A stretch of 47,897 bases of DNA from a virus (lineage: Duplodnaviria > Caudoviricetes). How positions within the stretch are numbered: position 1 is the first letter of the stretch; each line of letters starts with the position of its first letter. A program made the position numbers and the translations under genes. A model generated the notes under the pieces. That model did no database searches and was not told the origin of the DNA. It saw only the letters and a program-made list of their open reading frames with translations. Location of the stretch: the IMG/VR virus record IMGVR_UViG_3300030207_001921, positions 1-47,897 of that record; one strand, written 5' to 3'. Positions 28,095-37,268 of the stretch are shown piece after piece.

Positions 28095-28231
28095 TATTTT
28101 TTTCTCCTATAGACTCTTTTCCAAGCCTCGTTTTTGTGTTTTGTTTTTTTATTGTCAGCTTTGTATTGTCCTTTTTCGTCTCTTTGACGAACCCATACAA
28201 ATCCTAACCATTCTAATAATTTATTCCACAT
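28094..28231 (-). CDS. Small basic protein (45 aa), not in ORF track
   Basis: Read by hand: MWNKLLEWLGFVWVRQRDEKGQYKAD...NEAWKR. Confidence 0.6.
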   Translation of the reverse strand: MWNKLLEWLGFVWVRQRDEKGQYKADNKKTKHKNEAWKRVYRRKK

Positions 28232-28400
28232 TTTTCTGTTCTTCTTTGTTTTCTTCTTCTGGCATAAGAGGTTTTAATCTTAACACTAATTCCTCTCTTA
28301 TTTTGCTAACTTGTGAAATTTCTGATCCATTCCAAGCACCTTTTTTACAAGAGGCATCAACCAAAGTAAGCAAACTTAACAAAAGTTGTTTCTCATCCAT
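28221..28400 (-). CDS. Hypothetical protein (59 aa), not in ORF track
   Basis: Read by hand: MDEKQLLLSLLTLVDASCKKGAWNGSEISQV; AAGGAG RBS. Confidence 0.65.
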   Translation of the reverse strand: MDEKQLLLSLLTLVDASCKKGAWNGSEISQVSKIREELVLRLKPLMPEEENKEEQKNVE

Positions 28401-28410
28401 TATTTTCTCC

Positions 28411-28755
28411 TTATGTTCCTAGTTGCTTTTCTACTGAACTAGGATTTATTTTTTCATTAATATTAGATTCTATATCACTTTTTATTTGTGATACATTTTC
28501 TGAACCCATGTTATCTTCTACCCAACCTTGTACGATTGCAGGTGTAAGGTCTGACCAAGGTATAAAATTTGATAAATCAGATGTATCTAAATATACTCTA
28601 CCTACTGATTTTGCAGAATAATCATGACCATAAGGATCTTGATGAGAGTCATCTACTCCTGTAAGCGTGTAGGTTACTTTCCAGACTACATCTGACAACC
28701 CATCTTTATTAGGATAAACTTCACAATCTGATACATTCCACTCGTAATTAATCAT
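28411..28755 (-). CDS. Tail-fibre-associated protein (114 aa)
   Basis: FIPWSDLT...VQGWV motif; follows the tail fibre. Confidence 0.65.
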   Translation of the reverse strand: MINYEWNVSDCEVYPNKDGLSDVVWKVTYTLTGVDDSHQDPYGHDYSAKSVGRVYLDTSDLSNFIPWSDLTPAIVQGWVEDNMGSENVSQIKSDIESNINEKINPSSVEKQLGT

Positions 28756-30611
28756 TATTCTTCCCCTTTAAGTTGTTGTATTTCATTTTGTAATACTTCT
28801 ATTTGTTCTTGTTGTTCTTGTATAGCTTTAACTAAGTTTGGCACAAGAGTACCATAGTCAAGTTGCCATTTTTCTTTGCTTTCATCTTTTGGTTCGTATA
28901 CACCTCTTGCGTAAGAACCAACATCATCAAATGCCTTTTTAAAATCTTGTGCAATAAAACCTTGTGAGCCTTCTCCTGTGCCGTCTTTCCACATAAATTT
29001 TATTGGCTCTAATTTAGATATAAGATTTAAACCATCTGCATCACCCAAGACATCTTTGTATCTACCATCAGAATCAAAAGCAAGTGTCATAGTGCTACCT
29101 GTTATATCTGCATCAAGTCTCCCTACGGCAGAAGATTCACTCTTCTTTCTAAACTTTATAAATCTATAAAATGAAGCATCACCTGTACCATGATCCATAT
29201 CTAAAACAGCATCAGAGTTACTGCCACTTTTGACAGCAGTTATTACAGCATTGTCTCTTTGAGTAGCAGTTCCCATAGTGACATTATCTGTCATAAAAAT
29301 CTGACCATCTGATTCAAGAGCAAATCTTAAATTTTGACCATTAGTGTAAAAGTCTATAGAGCCAGTATCTGTTCTGAATGAAAAGTCATTAGCACTACCA
29401 CCAGATTTAAGAGCATTACCACCACCAATGAAACCGTAGTTTGTAGATCCGTCAGTAAGAGATATACCTGTATTTCCTGCTCCTGCTGTTAATGCAAGGG
29501 TATTACCATTCCATGTAGCATTAGCCTCACCTTCTAATGTGTTAGCTGTGCCACTTCCAGTTATAAGTCTGTTGTCTGCGTTGTTGTTTATTGTTGTTCC
29601 AGAAACAGAAGCGAAAGATAATGCACCACTACCATTTGTTTGTAAAACTTGGTTAGCGCTACCATCTGATGTTGGGAATGTGTAAGCTCCGTTAAATTGC
29701 ACCACTTGACTTTCATTGATACCAATAGCTACATTAGAACCTACTGTACTGCCATTTCCGATCAAAAGATCATCTGCCGAATCATCTAAACCAATATAAA
29801 AATCCTGCGCATTGCCGTCAAAAACTAATTTTGTATCTTCTGCACCTGCGTCCCCTATTGTTAAAGTTGGTGTTGACCCATTTATAACAACTGGACTAGC
29901 TATTGAAATACTAGAGCCGTCTGCTGATAGACTATCTAAAGCAATATCACCAACGTTAGTTATATTGGCATCATTAAAAGATGTAGCTCCAAAAGAATTA
30001 GAAGCGGCAGTTGATGTAATACCAGCTGCAGCTGTAATACCACCACCATCTGCAATAGTGATGGCATTATCACCATCAGTAAAACCTATATTAGCAGTCT
30101 GTACTTCACCACTTACTAATAAGTCGCCACCAACAGAAGCATCATCAGTAACTGTTAAATCATCACTTACCTTCAAATCTACTGTTGATAAACTTGCAAA
30201 AGCATCATTTACTGCGGCACCAGAACCTGCGCCATCTAAATAAACGACTTTTACATCACCAGAACCTATTGTTACAGTAGAACCACTACCTTGTTTTATT
30301 ATTATGTTTTGACTTCCAGAGGTAGCATTTTCTATAAAATGTACTCTTTTTAATGTGTTAGGCCCTATTGTTATAGTACAAGCACTATCTAATGTACCTG
30401 TATATTTAATATACATAGCTCTAGCTTCATCTGCAGAGCCGTCTGCTACGGTTGATGCGTGTGTATCAGCATTTGTTGTGATTGCTTCTGTACCAAAACC
30501 TAGACCTTGCCCAACTAATTCTAAATTTGTATTTGTTGATGTCCCCCAAGTTCCAGACTCATCACCTGTTGCGATTTCTTTTAATCTTAAATTATTTACA
30601 TATGTTGCCAT
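28755..30611 (-). CDS. Tail fibre with C-terminal intramolecular chaperone (Peptidase S74-like)
   Basis: Gly/Ser/Thr-rich; SDGRYK...GFIAQ...DYGTLVPNLVKAIQE coiled coil. Confidence 0.85.
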   Translation of the reverse strand: MATYVNNLRLKEIATGDESGTWGTSTNTNLELVGQGLGFGTEAITTNADTHASTVADGSADEARAMYIKYTGTLDSACTITIGPNTLKRVHFIENATSGSQNIIIKQGSGSTVTIGSGDVKVVYLDGAGSGAAVNDAFASLSTVDLKVSDDLTVTDDASVGGDLLVSGEVQTANIGFTDGDNAITIADGGGITAAAGITSTAASNSFGATSFNDANITNVGDIALDSLSADGSSISIASPVVINGSTPTLTIGDAGAEDTKLVFDGNAQDFYIGLDDSADDLLIGNGSTVGSNVAIGINESQVVQFNGAYTFPTSDGSANQVLQTNGSGALSFASVSGTTINNNADNRLITGSGTANTLEGEANATWNGNTLALTAGAGNTGISLTDGSTNYGFIGGGNALKSGGSANDFSFRTDTGSIDFYTNGQNLRFALESDGQIFMTDNVTMGTATQRDNAVITAVKSGSNSDAVLDMDHGTGDASFYRFIKFRKKSESSAVGRLDADITGSTMTLAFDSDGRYKDVLGDADGLNLISKLEPIKFMWKDGTGEGSQGFIAQDFKKAFDDVGSYARGVYEPKDESKEKWQLDYGTLVPNLVKAIQEQQEQIEVLQNEIQQLKGEE

Positions 30612-30622
30612 ATTTTATCCTT

Positions 30623-31090
30623 TTACAAACTTGTCCAGTTTGGTGTTTGTGTAGTTGTTACCTCATTATAGTTTGGAGTTTGGCTTGTATCAACCAAAGA
30701 CCAAATTAAAACAGATCCTAAACCTGCAGTCCCTTGTAGTCCAGTTAATGAAACATTTGCCTTACCAATCGTAGAGACAGAGCCTAGTCCACTTGTCATA
30801 GACAGCCCAGAAACTACTACTACTTCGTTTTCATGAACTACTATGGTTCCTAAAGAAGCAGTAGCACCTTGTTCTGTTACTGGAACATTAGCTAATCCAA
30901 TAATAGCTACTGCCCCTAATCCAGAGGTAGCTCCTTGTTCAGAAACTGGTATATTTGCAGCAGCTGATTGTGCTGTTGTGCCGAGTGCGGATGTAGCTGA
31001 TAAGCCAGATACAGTAACTTCTATATCGGCTGGTTGGCCCCAAGGCCCAGATCCCCAGCTATCTCTACCCCAACCTGTATCTATAGACAT
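30623..31090 (-). CDS. Virion protein with internal ~19-aa repeats
   Basis: GWGRDSWGSGPWG, then five G.SAT..LG.V-like repeats. Confidence 0.65.
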   Translation of the reverse strand: MSIDTGWGRDSWGSGPWGQPADIEVTVSGLSATSALGTTAQSAAANIPVSEQGATSGLGAVAIIGLANVPVTEQGATASLGTIVVHENEVVVVSGLSMTSGLGSVSTIGKANVSLTGLQGTAGLGSVLIWSLVDTSQTPNYNEVTTTQTPNWTSL

Positions 31091-31103
31091 AGGGCATCTA
31101 CCC

Positions 31104-31541
31104 CTAAGCTATAGTAATTATTGCGTTTGCGCCTGCTGTTGGAAAAACTATTGTAAAATCTCCAGCTGTTGAAGTTTTTGATGCTCCAAAGCTGATAGTA
31201 GCTACTGATTTATCGGATTGTGTGTCGTTGTAAATTAAACATCCACTAGCAGTTATTGTTGCTGTAGAAAAAGTTAAATTTGCAAAATCAACAAAAGCTG
31301 TTGTGCCTGTTGATGAAGGTGCTGCTATACCAGGTGTAAGTGCTGCCCCTCCTGCTGTATAGTTTGTGCCTGTTATTTGACCAGTTAAACTTGTAGCGTA
31401 TGCCGTTGTAGTTGCACCTAAAGAAGCTGTTGCACCTGCATATAAAGCAAGTTTGAACGAATTGCCACCTGATGCAAAATTATGAACTCCTTGTAGAAGT
31501 TCTTTCTTAAAACTTGTTGTCAAAGCTGATGAAATTGCCAT
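31104..31541 (-). CDS. Virion structural protein (145 aa)
   Basis: SFKKELL.G.H.F...FKLALY motif of a phage structural family. Confidence 0.65.
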   Translation of the reverse strand: MAISSALTTSFKKELLQGVHNFASGGNSFKLALYAGATASLGATTTAYATSLTGQITGTNYTAGGAALTPGIAAPSSTGTTAFVDFANLTFSTATITASGCLIYNDTQSDKSVATISFGASKTSTAGDFTIVFPTAGANAIITIA

Positions 31542-31829
31542 CTATAGTCTCCTAATTATATTTGCTAAGTCGGTTTCTCCGCCTTTTATTAATTCTTGTA
31601 TGACGGTACTTTTATATGATTTTAAAGCATTATTAATATAAATCAAACAAACTTGGTAAATTGCGTCTTTGTAAGCTTCTGCTTGTTGTGCTATGTGAGG
31701 TTCTTGATTTTTCGAGTAACTAACTATTTTATTTGTCAATTCTCCTGCCCAGAACTCTGGTGAGTGTCCACCATTACTAGATGTTACAACTTTTATTTCA
31801 CCTAATTTAGGTTCTCCATTTTGATTCAT
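31542..31829 (-). CDS. Hypothetical protein (95 aa)
   Basis: Operon packing. Confidence 0.65.
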   Translation of the reverse strand: MNQNGEPKLGEIKVVTSSNGGHSPEFWAGELTNKIVSYSKNQEPHIAQQAEAYKDAIYQVCLIYINNALKSYKSTVIQELIKGGETDLANIIRRL

Positions 31830-31854
31830 AAATGATATTTATAATTAAACATAA

Positions 31855-32601
31855 TTAATATTTATTGGGTTCTGGTGGACCTTTTTTATGAGAATCATAT
31901 CTGTCTAGTAAGCCACCTTCCTTTTTTACTTGTGGTATTTCTACTTCACTTACCTTTTTCACATGAGGATTACCATGACTGTCCAAACCAACAACTCGTG
32001 GATCATCTAGTCTATGATAACCATATAATTTATCTTCTGACGGTATGTTTGCATCTAACAAACTAGAGCTTTGTGCCACATCTACTTGTATACCCTTGTC
32101 TAAGCATTTAGCTAACCAAAACTCTACACAACCTCTACCAGCTTCTGCATATCCAGGATTAGATTTGTATGTAAAATCTACACCAAATAAAGATACTTTT
32201 CTAACATCATTCCAATAAGCAAAAGCTACTGCATAAGCTACGGTATTGTTTAAATACCAACTTTGTGTGTCAGCAACGACTTCTGCTACTGGATATTCTA
32301 CAAGACCTGGGCATCTTTCATCTAACTCACATGTGTATATTGGACCTTTATGTTTAACAAGCATTTCTCTCATACAGTCTGTTTGACCAGCAGCATCTGT
32401 TGTATCTAAAAATCTAGATGCAGGATCCATCATAAAAAGTCTATCGTGAAATATGACACTACCTACTGCGTTTATAGCCCAAACTTCATCAAAATTAACA
32501 CCATGTGTTTTAGCAATATTGAATTCATACCAACTATTGCCTAGTCCTACTATAGCTACGGCAGCTTGTTTAAGTTTTTTGATCGGTTTCTGAGTTTTCA
32601 T
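31855..32601 (-). CDS. Hypothetical protein, possible sialyltransferase/MAF-like Rossmann fold
   Basis: VAIVGLGNS...VWAIN...TVAYAVAFA...VSLFGVDF pattern. Confidence 0.5.
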   Translation of the reverse strand: MKTQKPIKKLKQAAVAIVGLGNSWYEFNIAKTHGVNFDEVWAINAVGSVIFHDRLFMMDPASRFLDTTDAAGQTDCMREMLVKHKGPIYTCELDERCPGLVEYPVAEVVADTQSWYLNNTVAYAVAFAYWNDVRKVSLFGVDFTYKSNPGYAEAGRGCVEFWLAKCLDKGIQVDVAQSSSLLDANIPSEDKLYGYHRLDDPRVVGLDSHGNPHVKKVSEVEIPQVKKEGGLLDRYDSHKKGPPEPNKY

Positions 32602-32731
32602 GTTCTGCCTCCCATTCATTCATTTGTTTTACAATGCCTTGTAAATCTGCATCCCAATTATTTTCTATGCATTCTTGAAAATGTAACTTTAATAAATTCC
32701 AAGCGTATTTACGCGTTATAACTTTATCCAT
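32570..32731 (-). CDS. Hypothetical protein (53 aa), not in ORF track
   Basis: Read by hand; AAGGAG RBS. Confidence 0.5.
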   Translation of the reverse strand: MDKVITRKYAWNLLKLHFQECIENNWDADLQGIVKQMNEWEAEHENSETDQKT

Positions 32732-32749
32732 ATAGATATACTCTCCTTA

Positions 32750-33424
32750 CTATGTAACTTGCTTTCTTAAAGCATCATAACGATACTCGTCTTGTCTGCC
32801 TCTTGCTTCTGCTCTATTTTTTAATCTGTCTATTTCTAACTTATACCTAGTTTCATATAAAGCCATTAAATCTGGCTCACCTTTTAAAAATACATATGCT
32901 TCAGCTATACAAGCATATAACAATCCGTTTCTTGCATTTTTTGACAACCAAGTGCCAGTTGTATCTGTAACTATAGAATTAGGTTTGTATAAATAAGATA
33001 ATTCGACAGAGTAATCATTATCTGGAACTGGTGCAATAATTAAAGTAGAGCCGTTGTCGGCACCACTTGATAGTTGTTTGTCGTATTGTGCGTAGTAGAG
33101 TGGCAAACCTCTTAAAGAAGTATCTGATATATCTTCTACATACTCTTGCATAAAAGTAGGATGTTTTTTATCTAAGTAATGATAATCACTATTTGAATCT
33201 ATTACTGCCAAACTAAAAGGTAAAATAAAGTCACTAGGACATGTTAAGAATCTGCTACCAGTAGATACATTACCATTTACATTCTTTCTAAAAAAATCAA
33301 ATTGCACATCTTCAAAAATTCTCTCTTCTGCATTTTTTATGATGTCATCAAGTGAATTTACAAAAGTTGTTTCAGAGGACTCAACATAATTTTGTATTAA
33401 AGTTTTTAGCTCTGATAAAGTCAT
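32750..33424 (-). CDS. Head-tail adaptor-like protein
   Basis: IKNAEERI, G.P.YY, APVPD..Y.VEL.Y, LLYA motifs. Confidence 0.6.
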   Translation of the reverse strand: MTLSELKTLIQNYVESSETTFVNSLDDIIKNAEERIFEDVQFDFFRKNVNGNVSTGSRFLTCPSDFILPFSLAVIDSNSDYHYLDKKHPTFMQEYVEDISDTSLRGLPLYYAQYDKQLSSGADNGSTLIIAPVPDNDYSVELSYLYKPNSIVTDTTGTWLSKNARNGLLYACIAEAYVFLKGEPDLMALYETRYKLEIDRLKNRAEARGRQDEYRYDALRKQVT

Positions 33425-33729
33425 GATGTAGTAATAGTAACACTTCCTAAACTAGAAGTCGCAGAAAAGCCGTCAAAGTTTGAACCAATGGTATCAGTAT
33501 TCGTGAATACTCTGCCAGGAGTATTTTCTTTGTCATTATCAGGACGAGGGTCATATATAGCTTCTGCATCTGCAACATGTGTAGGTGGTTCTAATTGTGG
33601 GTGTTTTTCTTCGTAGCATTCTGGACAAGTTTTAAGACCGTTCCATTCTTTACGAAGTTCTAATAGTTTATACCGAAACCCACATCTATCACAATGGGCT
33701 AAGGCAAATTTACCTACTGCATATGACAT
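33421..33729 (-). CDS. Zn-finger-like virion-associated protein
   Basis: CDRCGF...CPECYE.KHPQ. Confidence 0.7.
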   Translation of the reverse strand: MSYAVGKFALAHCDRCGFRYKLLELRKEWNGLKTCPECYEEKHPQLEPPTHVADAEAIYDPRPDNDKENTPGRVFTNTDTIGSNFDGFSATSSLGSVTITTS

Positions 33730-34403
33730 TAATAAGCACCTCTAGAGAAAGGTCTAATTTTAAAAGAGGCTCTATCTTCATCTTGATCTGCTGCTCTTCT
33801 AAATTCCTCTTCGTAGATAGCTTTTAGTTCTGCTGTTCTTTGTGGTGCTTTTTTTATACTTATGTAATAAGCAAGACCTGCTGCAAAACAAGGAAAGAAT
33901 CTAAATGGTATATCCATAGTATTTCTTGCGTTATCTGCATCATCCATTCTTGTTAATTTACTAAATCTTATAATGTCTGTAGAGTTTTCTGGTGCGGGAT
34001 ATAAAAAAAGTGTTGGGTTATTTTGTTTATCAAGAAAAAATTGTGACGGTCTAGATTTTGTAGCTTTGTTTGGTATATTAAAATATTCTGACCTAGATAT
34101 TCTGTCCATGTTTATATCTGTAGTTGTAGAACCATCTGTTCTTCTTACAACCACATCTAAAATATCTATGACATTTGTTCCTAAATTATAACTAGCAGTA
34201 CCTTCTGTAACAGTTTGTGTGCCAGTTTCTATTGTCCATTGGTTTAAACCTCTGTTAGCCCACTCAGCCAACATTAGATTAGCAGACCTAATTGCTGATT
34301 TTAAATCATATCCAGTTCTAAGCTCTATACCACATCTTTCATATGCTTCTTCTATAAACTCAGTTATATTTGGTTCAAAATTTGTACTTCCAGATAATGC
34401 CAT
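33729..34403 (-). CDS. Head-tail connector-like protein
   Basis: IEEAYERCG...NLMLAEWANRGLN; position in the operon. Confidence 0.6.
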   Translation of the reverse strand: MALSGSTNFEPNITEFIEEAYERCGIELRTGYDLKSAIRSANLMLAEWANRGLNQWTIETGTQTVTEGTASYNLGTNVIDILDVVVRRTDGSTTTDINMDRISRSEYFNIPNKATKSRPSQFFLDKQNNPTLFLYPAPENSTDIIRFSKLTRMDDADNARNTMDIPFRFFPCFAAGLAYYISIKKAPQRTAELKAIYEEEFRRAADQDEDRASFKIRPFSRGAY

Positions 34404-35077
34404 TATTCTTCATATAAATTATCAAAGGTTATTGATGGATCAAGATAACTTTCGTGCCCCTCTGCTGAGTGTGTCCATTGTGACGGTTTAAAGTCTGGAG
34501 GACCTTCACCAGTAACCCAAAGAGCAGGACTTGTTGCTCTTACTCTATTATTAGGCAGAGCAACTAAATTACCTTTCCATTCACAATCCTCTGTTATATA
34601 TAATACATGACTTTGTTTGTGTTGTGCAGAATCATCTGCAATATCTGAATTTGTATAATCTACAGTAAATAAATATTTAGCAGTATAAAAACCACCATCT
34701 ATTTTAGCTAACCAAGGTGATGAACTGACTCTATCCATCACTATTACTGAATGTTCTCTTGATTCACAATCCCAAGGTTGTGCAATATGATTTTGCATAG
34801 GTTTTGGAAAATCGTCCATAGGTATATCAGCTACAATACCTTGTATAGGCATCCTAGCCCACATAGCGCCACCATGAACATTAGGCTCGTCATTATCTTC
34901 ACAATTAGTTTCTTCACCAGTAAAAACTACTTGAAAACTTAAAGATCTATCTGGGATTGTATTTACGGCTATCGCTAGAGCATGTATATACTCGTCATGA
35001 TATTTTTCATGATTGTGTGTGAATTCTCTCCGCACCCAACACTTGAAGTGTGGAATGTTACTTATCAAATGTGACAC
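34403..35077 (-). CDS. Conserved phage hypothetical protein (224 aa)
   Basis: GAMWARMPI...QPWDC...HKQSHV...PNNR; TAATG coupling. Confidence 0.7.
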   Translation of the reverse strand: MSHLISNIPHFKCWVRREFTHNHEKYHDEYIHALAIAVNTIPDRSLSFQVVFTGEETNCEDNDEPNVHGGAMWARMPIQGIVADIPMDDFPKPMQNHIAQPWDCESREHSVIVMDRVSSSPWLAKIDGGFYTAKYLFTVDYTNSDIADDSAQHKQSHVLYITEDCEWKGNLVALPNNRVRATSPALWVTGEGPPDFKPSQWTHSAEGHESYLDPSITFDNLYEE

Positions 35078-35080
35078 TAA

Positions 35081-35353
35081 TTATTTTTTTAATCTTTGTC
35101 TTCTTCTGTTTGCGTTACCAGCAATCATGCCACCCTTAGATTTTTTCATGATTCTACCGCCTTTGGACTTCTTCATCATCATTCCGCCCTTAGACTTTTT
35201 CATCATCATGCCGCCTTTGGATTTCTTCATCATTACGCCACCTTTAGACTTCTTCATGACTTTTCCACCTTTGGATTTTTTCATGACTTTACCGCCTTTA
35301 GATTTACGCATCATGCTGCCGTTTTTTGATTTTTTCTTGTAATGCCCTGGCAT
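35081..35353 (-). CDS. Highly basic tandem-repeat protein, (xxMKKSKGG)n
   Basis: Seven KSKGG in 27-nt repeats with synonymous variation; AGGAG RBS. Confidence 0.75.
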   Translation of the reverse strand: MPGHYKKKSKNGSMMRKSKGGKVMKKSKGGKVMKKSKGGVMMKKSKGGMMMKKSKGGMMMKKSKGGRIMKKSKGGMIAGNANRRRQRLKK

Positions 35354-35361
35354 TTTTTCTC

Positions 35362-35805
35362 CTAACTTATCGTTGTGACTTTACGTTTGTCAGACATAAC
35401 TTTACCACAACCTTTTGCGATAAAGCCACCTTTTTTCATTTTTACTTTATTCTGTTTTGCCATAGCCTTTTGTATAGCCATACCTCTAGCTTTTTCATAT
35501 TCTGAAAATTTACCGTCCTTATTTAAATCTGCTTTTTTACTAAGTTTCACAAAGCCTCCTTCTTTAAGTTTAGTTGAAACATTTATTGGTTTGCCTTTCC
35601 TGTTTGGGTTTGGGTCTTTTCTTCTTTTTCTTTGTACTATTTTTGCTCTTTCTGCTTTCGACATACCTTGTGCTTTTTTCTTTGGTAAACATCTTGGTTT
35701 GCCTTCTGCTTTTTTTCTACCACCACATGAGCCAATAATATTTCCTTTGGCATCCATACGAACCCATTCTTGATCTAACCAAGATTGTAATTGTCCTTTG
35801 CTCAT
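35362..35805 (-). CDS. Basic hypothetical protein (147 aa)
   Basis: Lys-rich; EF-hand-like DLNKDGKFSEYE. Confidence 0.7.
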   Translation of the reverse strand: MSKGQLQSWLDQEWVRMDAKGNIIGSCGGRKKAEGKPRCLPKKKAQGMSKAERAKIVQRKRRKDPNPNRKGKPINVSTKLKEGGFVKLSKKADLNKDGKFSEYEKARGMAIQKAMAKQNKVKMKKGGFIAKGCGKVMSDKRKVTTIS

Positions 35806-36029
35806 CTCAACCTATCTTGTAAAACTGCGCCTTGTCCTCTGATAGATACTAAACCACCACGAGATTTTTTGACTTTTTTACCTTTTGCTTTTTTTGCATA
35901 ATTTGGGTCTTTACAGTATTTCGATGCAGCTAAATTTGCATAAGCACTTGGGTAAACATCAAAAGTTCTTTTAGCCCATGCTTTTCCAGCTGGACATATT
36001 TTACCTTTACTTTTTACTTTCTTAGCCAT
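35802..36029 (-). CDS. Basic hypothetical protein (75 aa)
   Basis: VYPSAYAN motif; overlapping operon. Confidence 0.7.
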   Translation of the reverse strand: MAKKVKSKGKICPAGKAWAKRTFDVYPSAYANLAASKYCKDPNYAKKAKGKKVKKSRGGLVSIRGQGAVLQDRLR

Positions 36030-36322
36030 TACTTTATCTTACCATGTTTTCTTCTTACTTTGTCTTTACCTTTTTTAAAAATACTTGCTACCATATTTTT
36101 ACCCATAACTTTTGCTCTTTGCTCACCTACGGTTAATATTTGTATTTTTCTAGCAAAAGACTTACCAATATTTAAAACTTTTTTAACAGTCTTTCTTGCA
36201 TCTTCTGGTGTAGCAAATTTTATAGATACAGTATCTTTTGGGTTTTCGTCAGTATATAACCGTCTACCACTACCTTTTGGTTTTTTTCCTGTTCCTACTT
36301 TTGGATCCCTTTTTTTGCTCAT
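36029..36322 (-). CDS. Basic hypothetical protein (97 aa)
   Basis: RLYTDENPKDTV motif; coupling. Confidence 0.7.
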   Translation of the reverse strand: MSKKRDPKVGTGKKPKGSGRRLYTDENPKDTVSIKFATPEDARKTVKKVLNIGKSFARKIQILTVGEQRAKVMGKNMVASIFKKGKDKVRRKHGKIK

Positions 36323-36416
36323 CTTTAATTATTTTTTTAATTGTATTAGATTGTTTTTTGTGCAGCCTAGATGCTTTGTTAAGTTGTCGTGATACTTTTT
36401 TTAGCCTTCTAATCAT
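36270..36416 (-). CDS. Small basic protein (48 aa), not in ORF track
   Basis: Read by hand: MIRRLKKVSRQLNKASRLH; ATGA overlap. Confidence 0.5.
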   Translation of the reverse strand: MIRRLKKVSRQLNKASRLHKKQSNTIKKIIKDEQKKGSKSRNRKKTKR

Positions 36417-36568
36417 AATCCTTGTCCTCTATATTTTTTAAAACTTCTTTTCATATTTTTGTTCATAGTAGAAGTACCAAGATTATTATAACCTATTGAT
36501 GTTTTTTTACCTCTTCTGCCACAAACAGGCACATGATCTCTAGCAAGACCCTTAGCTTTTCTAGGCAC
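36413..36568 (-). CDS. Small basic protein (51 aa), not in ORF track
   Basis: Read by hand: GTG start, KKTSIG...STMNK..KRSFKKYRGQG. Confidence 0.6.
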   Translation of the reverse strand: MPRKAKGLARDHVPVCGRRGKKTSIGYNNLGTSTMNKNMKRSFKKYRGQGL

Positions 36569-36853
36569 TTAGCATCTCCAACGTCTTCTTGCTTGTCTTA
36601 ATCTTGAGTTAGGATTTTTTGCTGCTTTAGGAAACTTTTTCATTTGTCCAGCTGATCTAGCACAAAATGATTTACGTCTAGCTTTTTCTTTTTTTGTTAG
36701 ATTTTTCTTTTTAGTGACTGCTGTTTTGAGTTTACTACCAGGGTTGTCTCTTCTGTATTTAGCGACACCAGCTTTTGTCATGCCAGCACCTTTCTTTGTA
36801 GGTCTAAAGTATTTTTTTGTTTTTGGTGGTTGTTTGTCTCTTTTACGAGCCAT
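36569..36853 (-). CDS. Basic hypothetical protein (94 aa)
   Basis: RRKSFCARS...SRLRQARRRWRC. Confidence 0.7.
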   Translation of the reverse strand: MARKRDKQPPKTKKYFRPTKKGAGMTKAGVAKYRRDNPGSKLKTAVTKKKNLTKKEKARRKSFCARSAGQMKKFPKAAKNPNSRLRQARRRWRC

Positions 36854-36863
36854 TCAGTAATCC

Positions 36864-37268
36864 TTAGCCGTATTCTTTTACAAGCTCTAAGATTATTGAG
36901 TATGTGTCTCCACTAGAATGACCTACTGTACTAAACAAAACATCTCCTGTTTTTCCAGATCCAGCATTATTAGGAATGCCAGTAAAGTTGTCATAGTATT
37001 CGTCACCTGTGCTATCTGCTGGTAAACCAGTTATCAATACATTGGCAGTAGCATCAAAAAATAAATTGACACCCATACCACGACAAGCCCAATAAATTCT
37101 TTGTATTGTTACGCCAGTACAAGCATCTCCATTGGCATTTGCTTGTAAAGCAGAAACATCTACTTTTACGACATTACTTTCACCAGTACCATCTGAGACG
37201 TTAGTGAATTTCAAGACGGCCTTTCTTTGACCGTCCTGAATAGTTTGTGATGTTACTGTATCAGCCAT
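36864..37268 (-). CDS. Virion structural protein (134 aa)
   Basis: Beta-rich; late operon position. Confidence 0.65.
   Translation of the reverse strand: MADTVTSQTIQDGQRKAVLKFTNVSDGTGESNVVKVDVSALQANANGDACTGVTIQRIYWACRGMGVNLFFDATANVLITGLPADSTGDEYYDNFTGIPNNAGSGKTGDVLFSTVGHSSGDTYSIILELVKEYG

Noticed and set aside
28018-28422. Plus-strand 134-aa ORF
   Set aside because: The region is better explained by three short, coupled minus-strand genes
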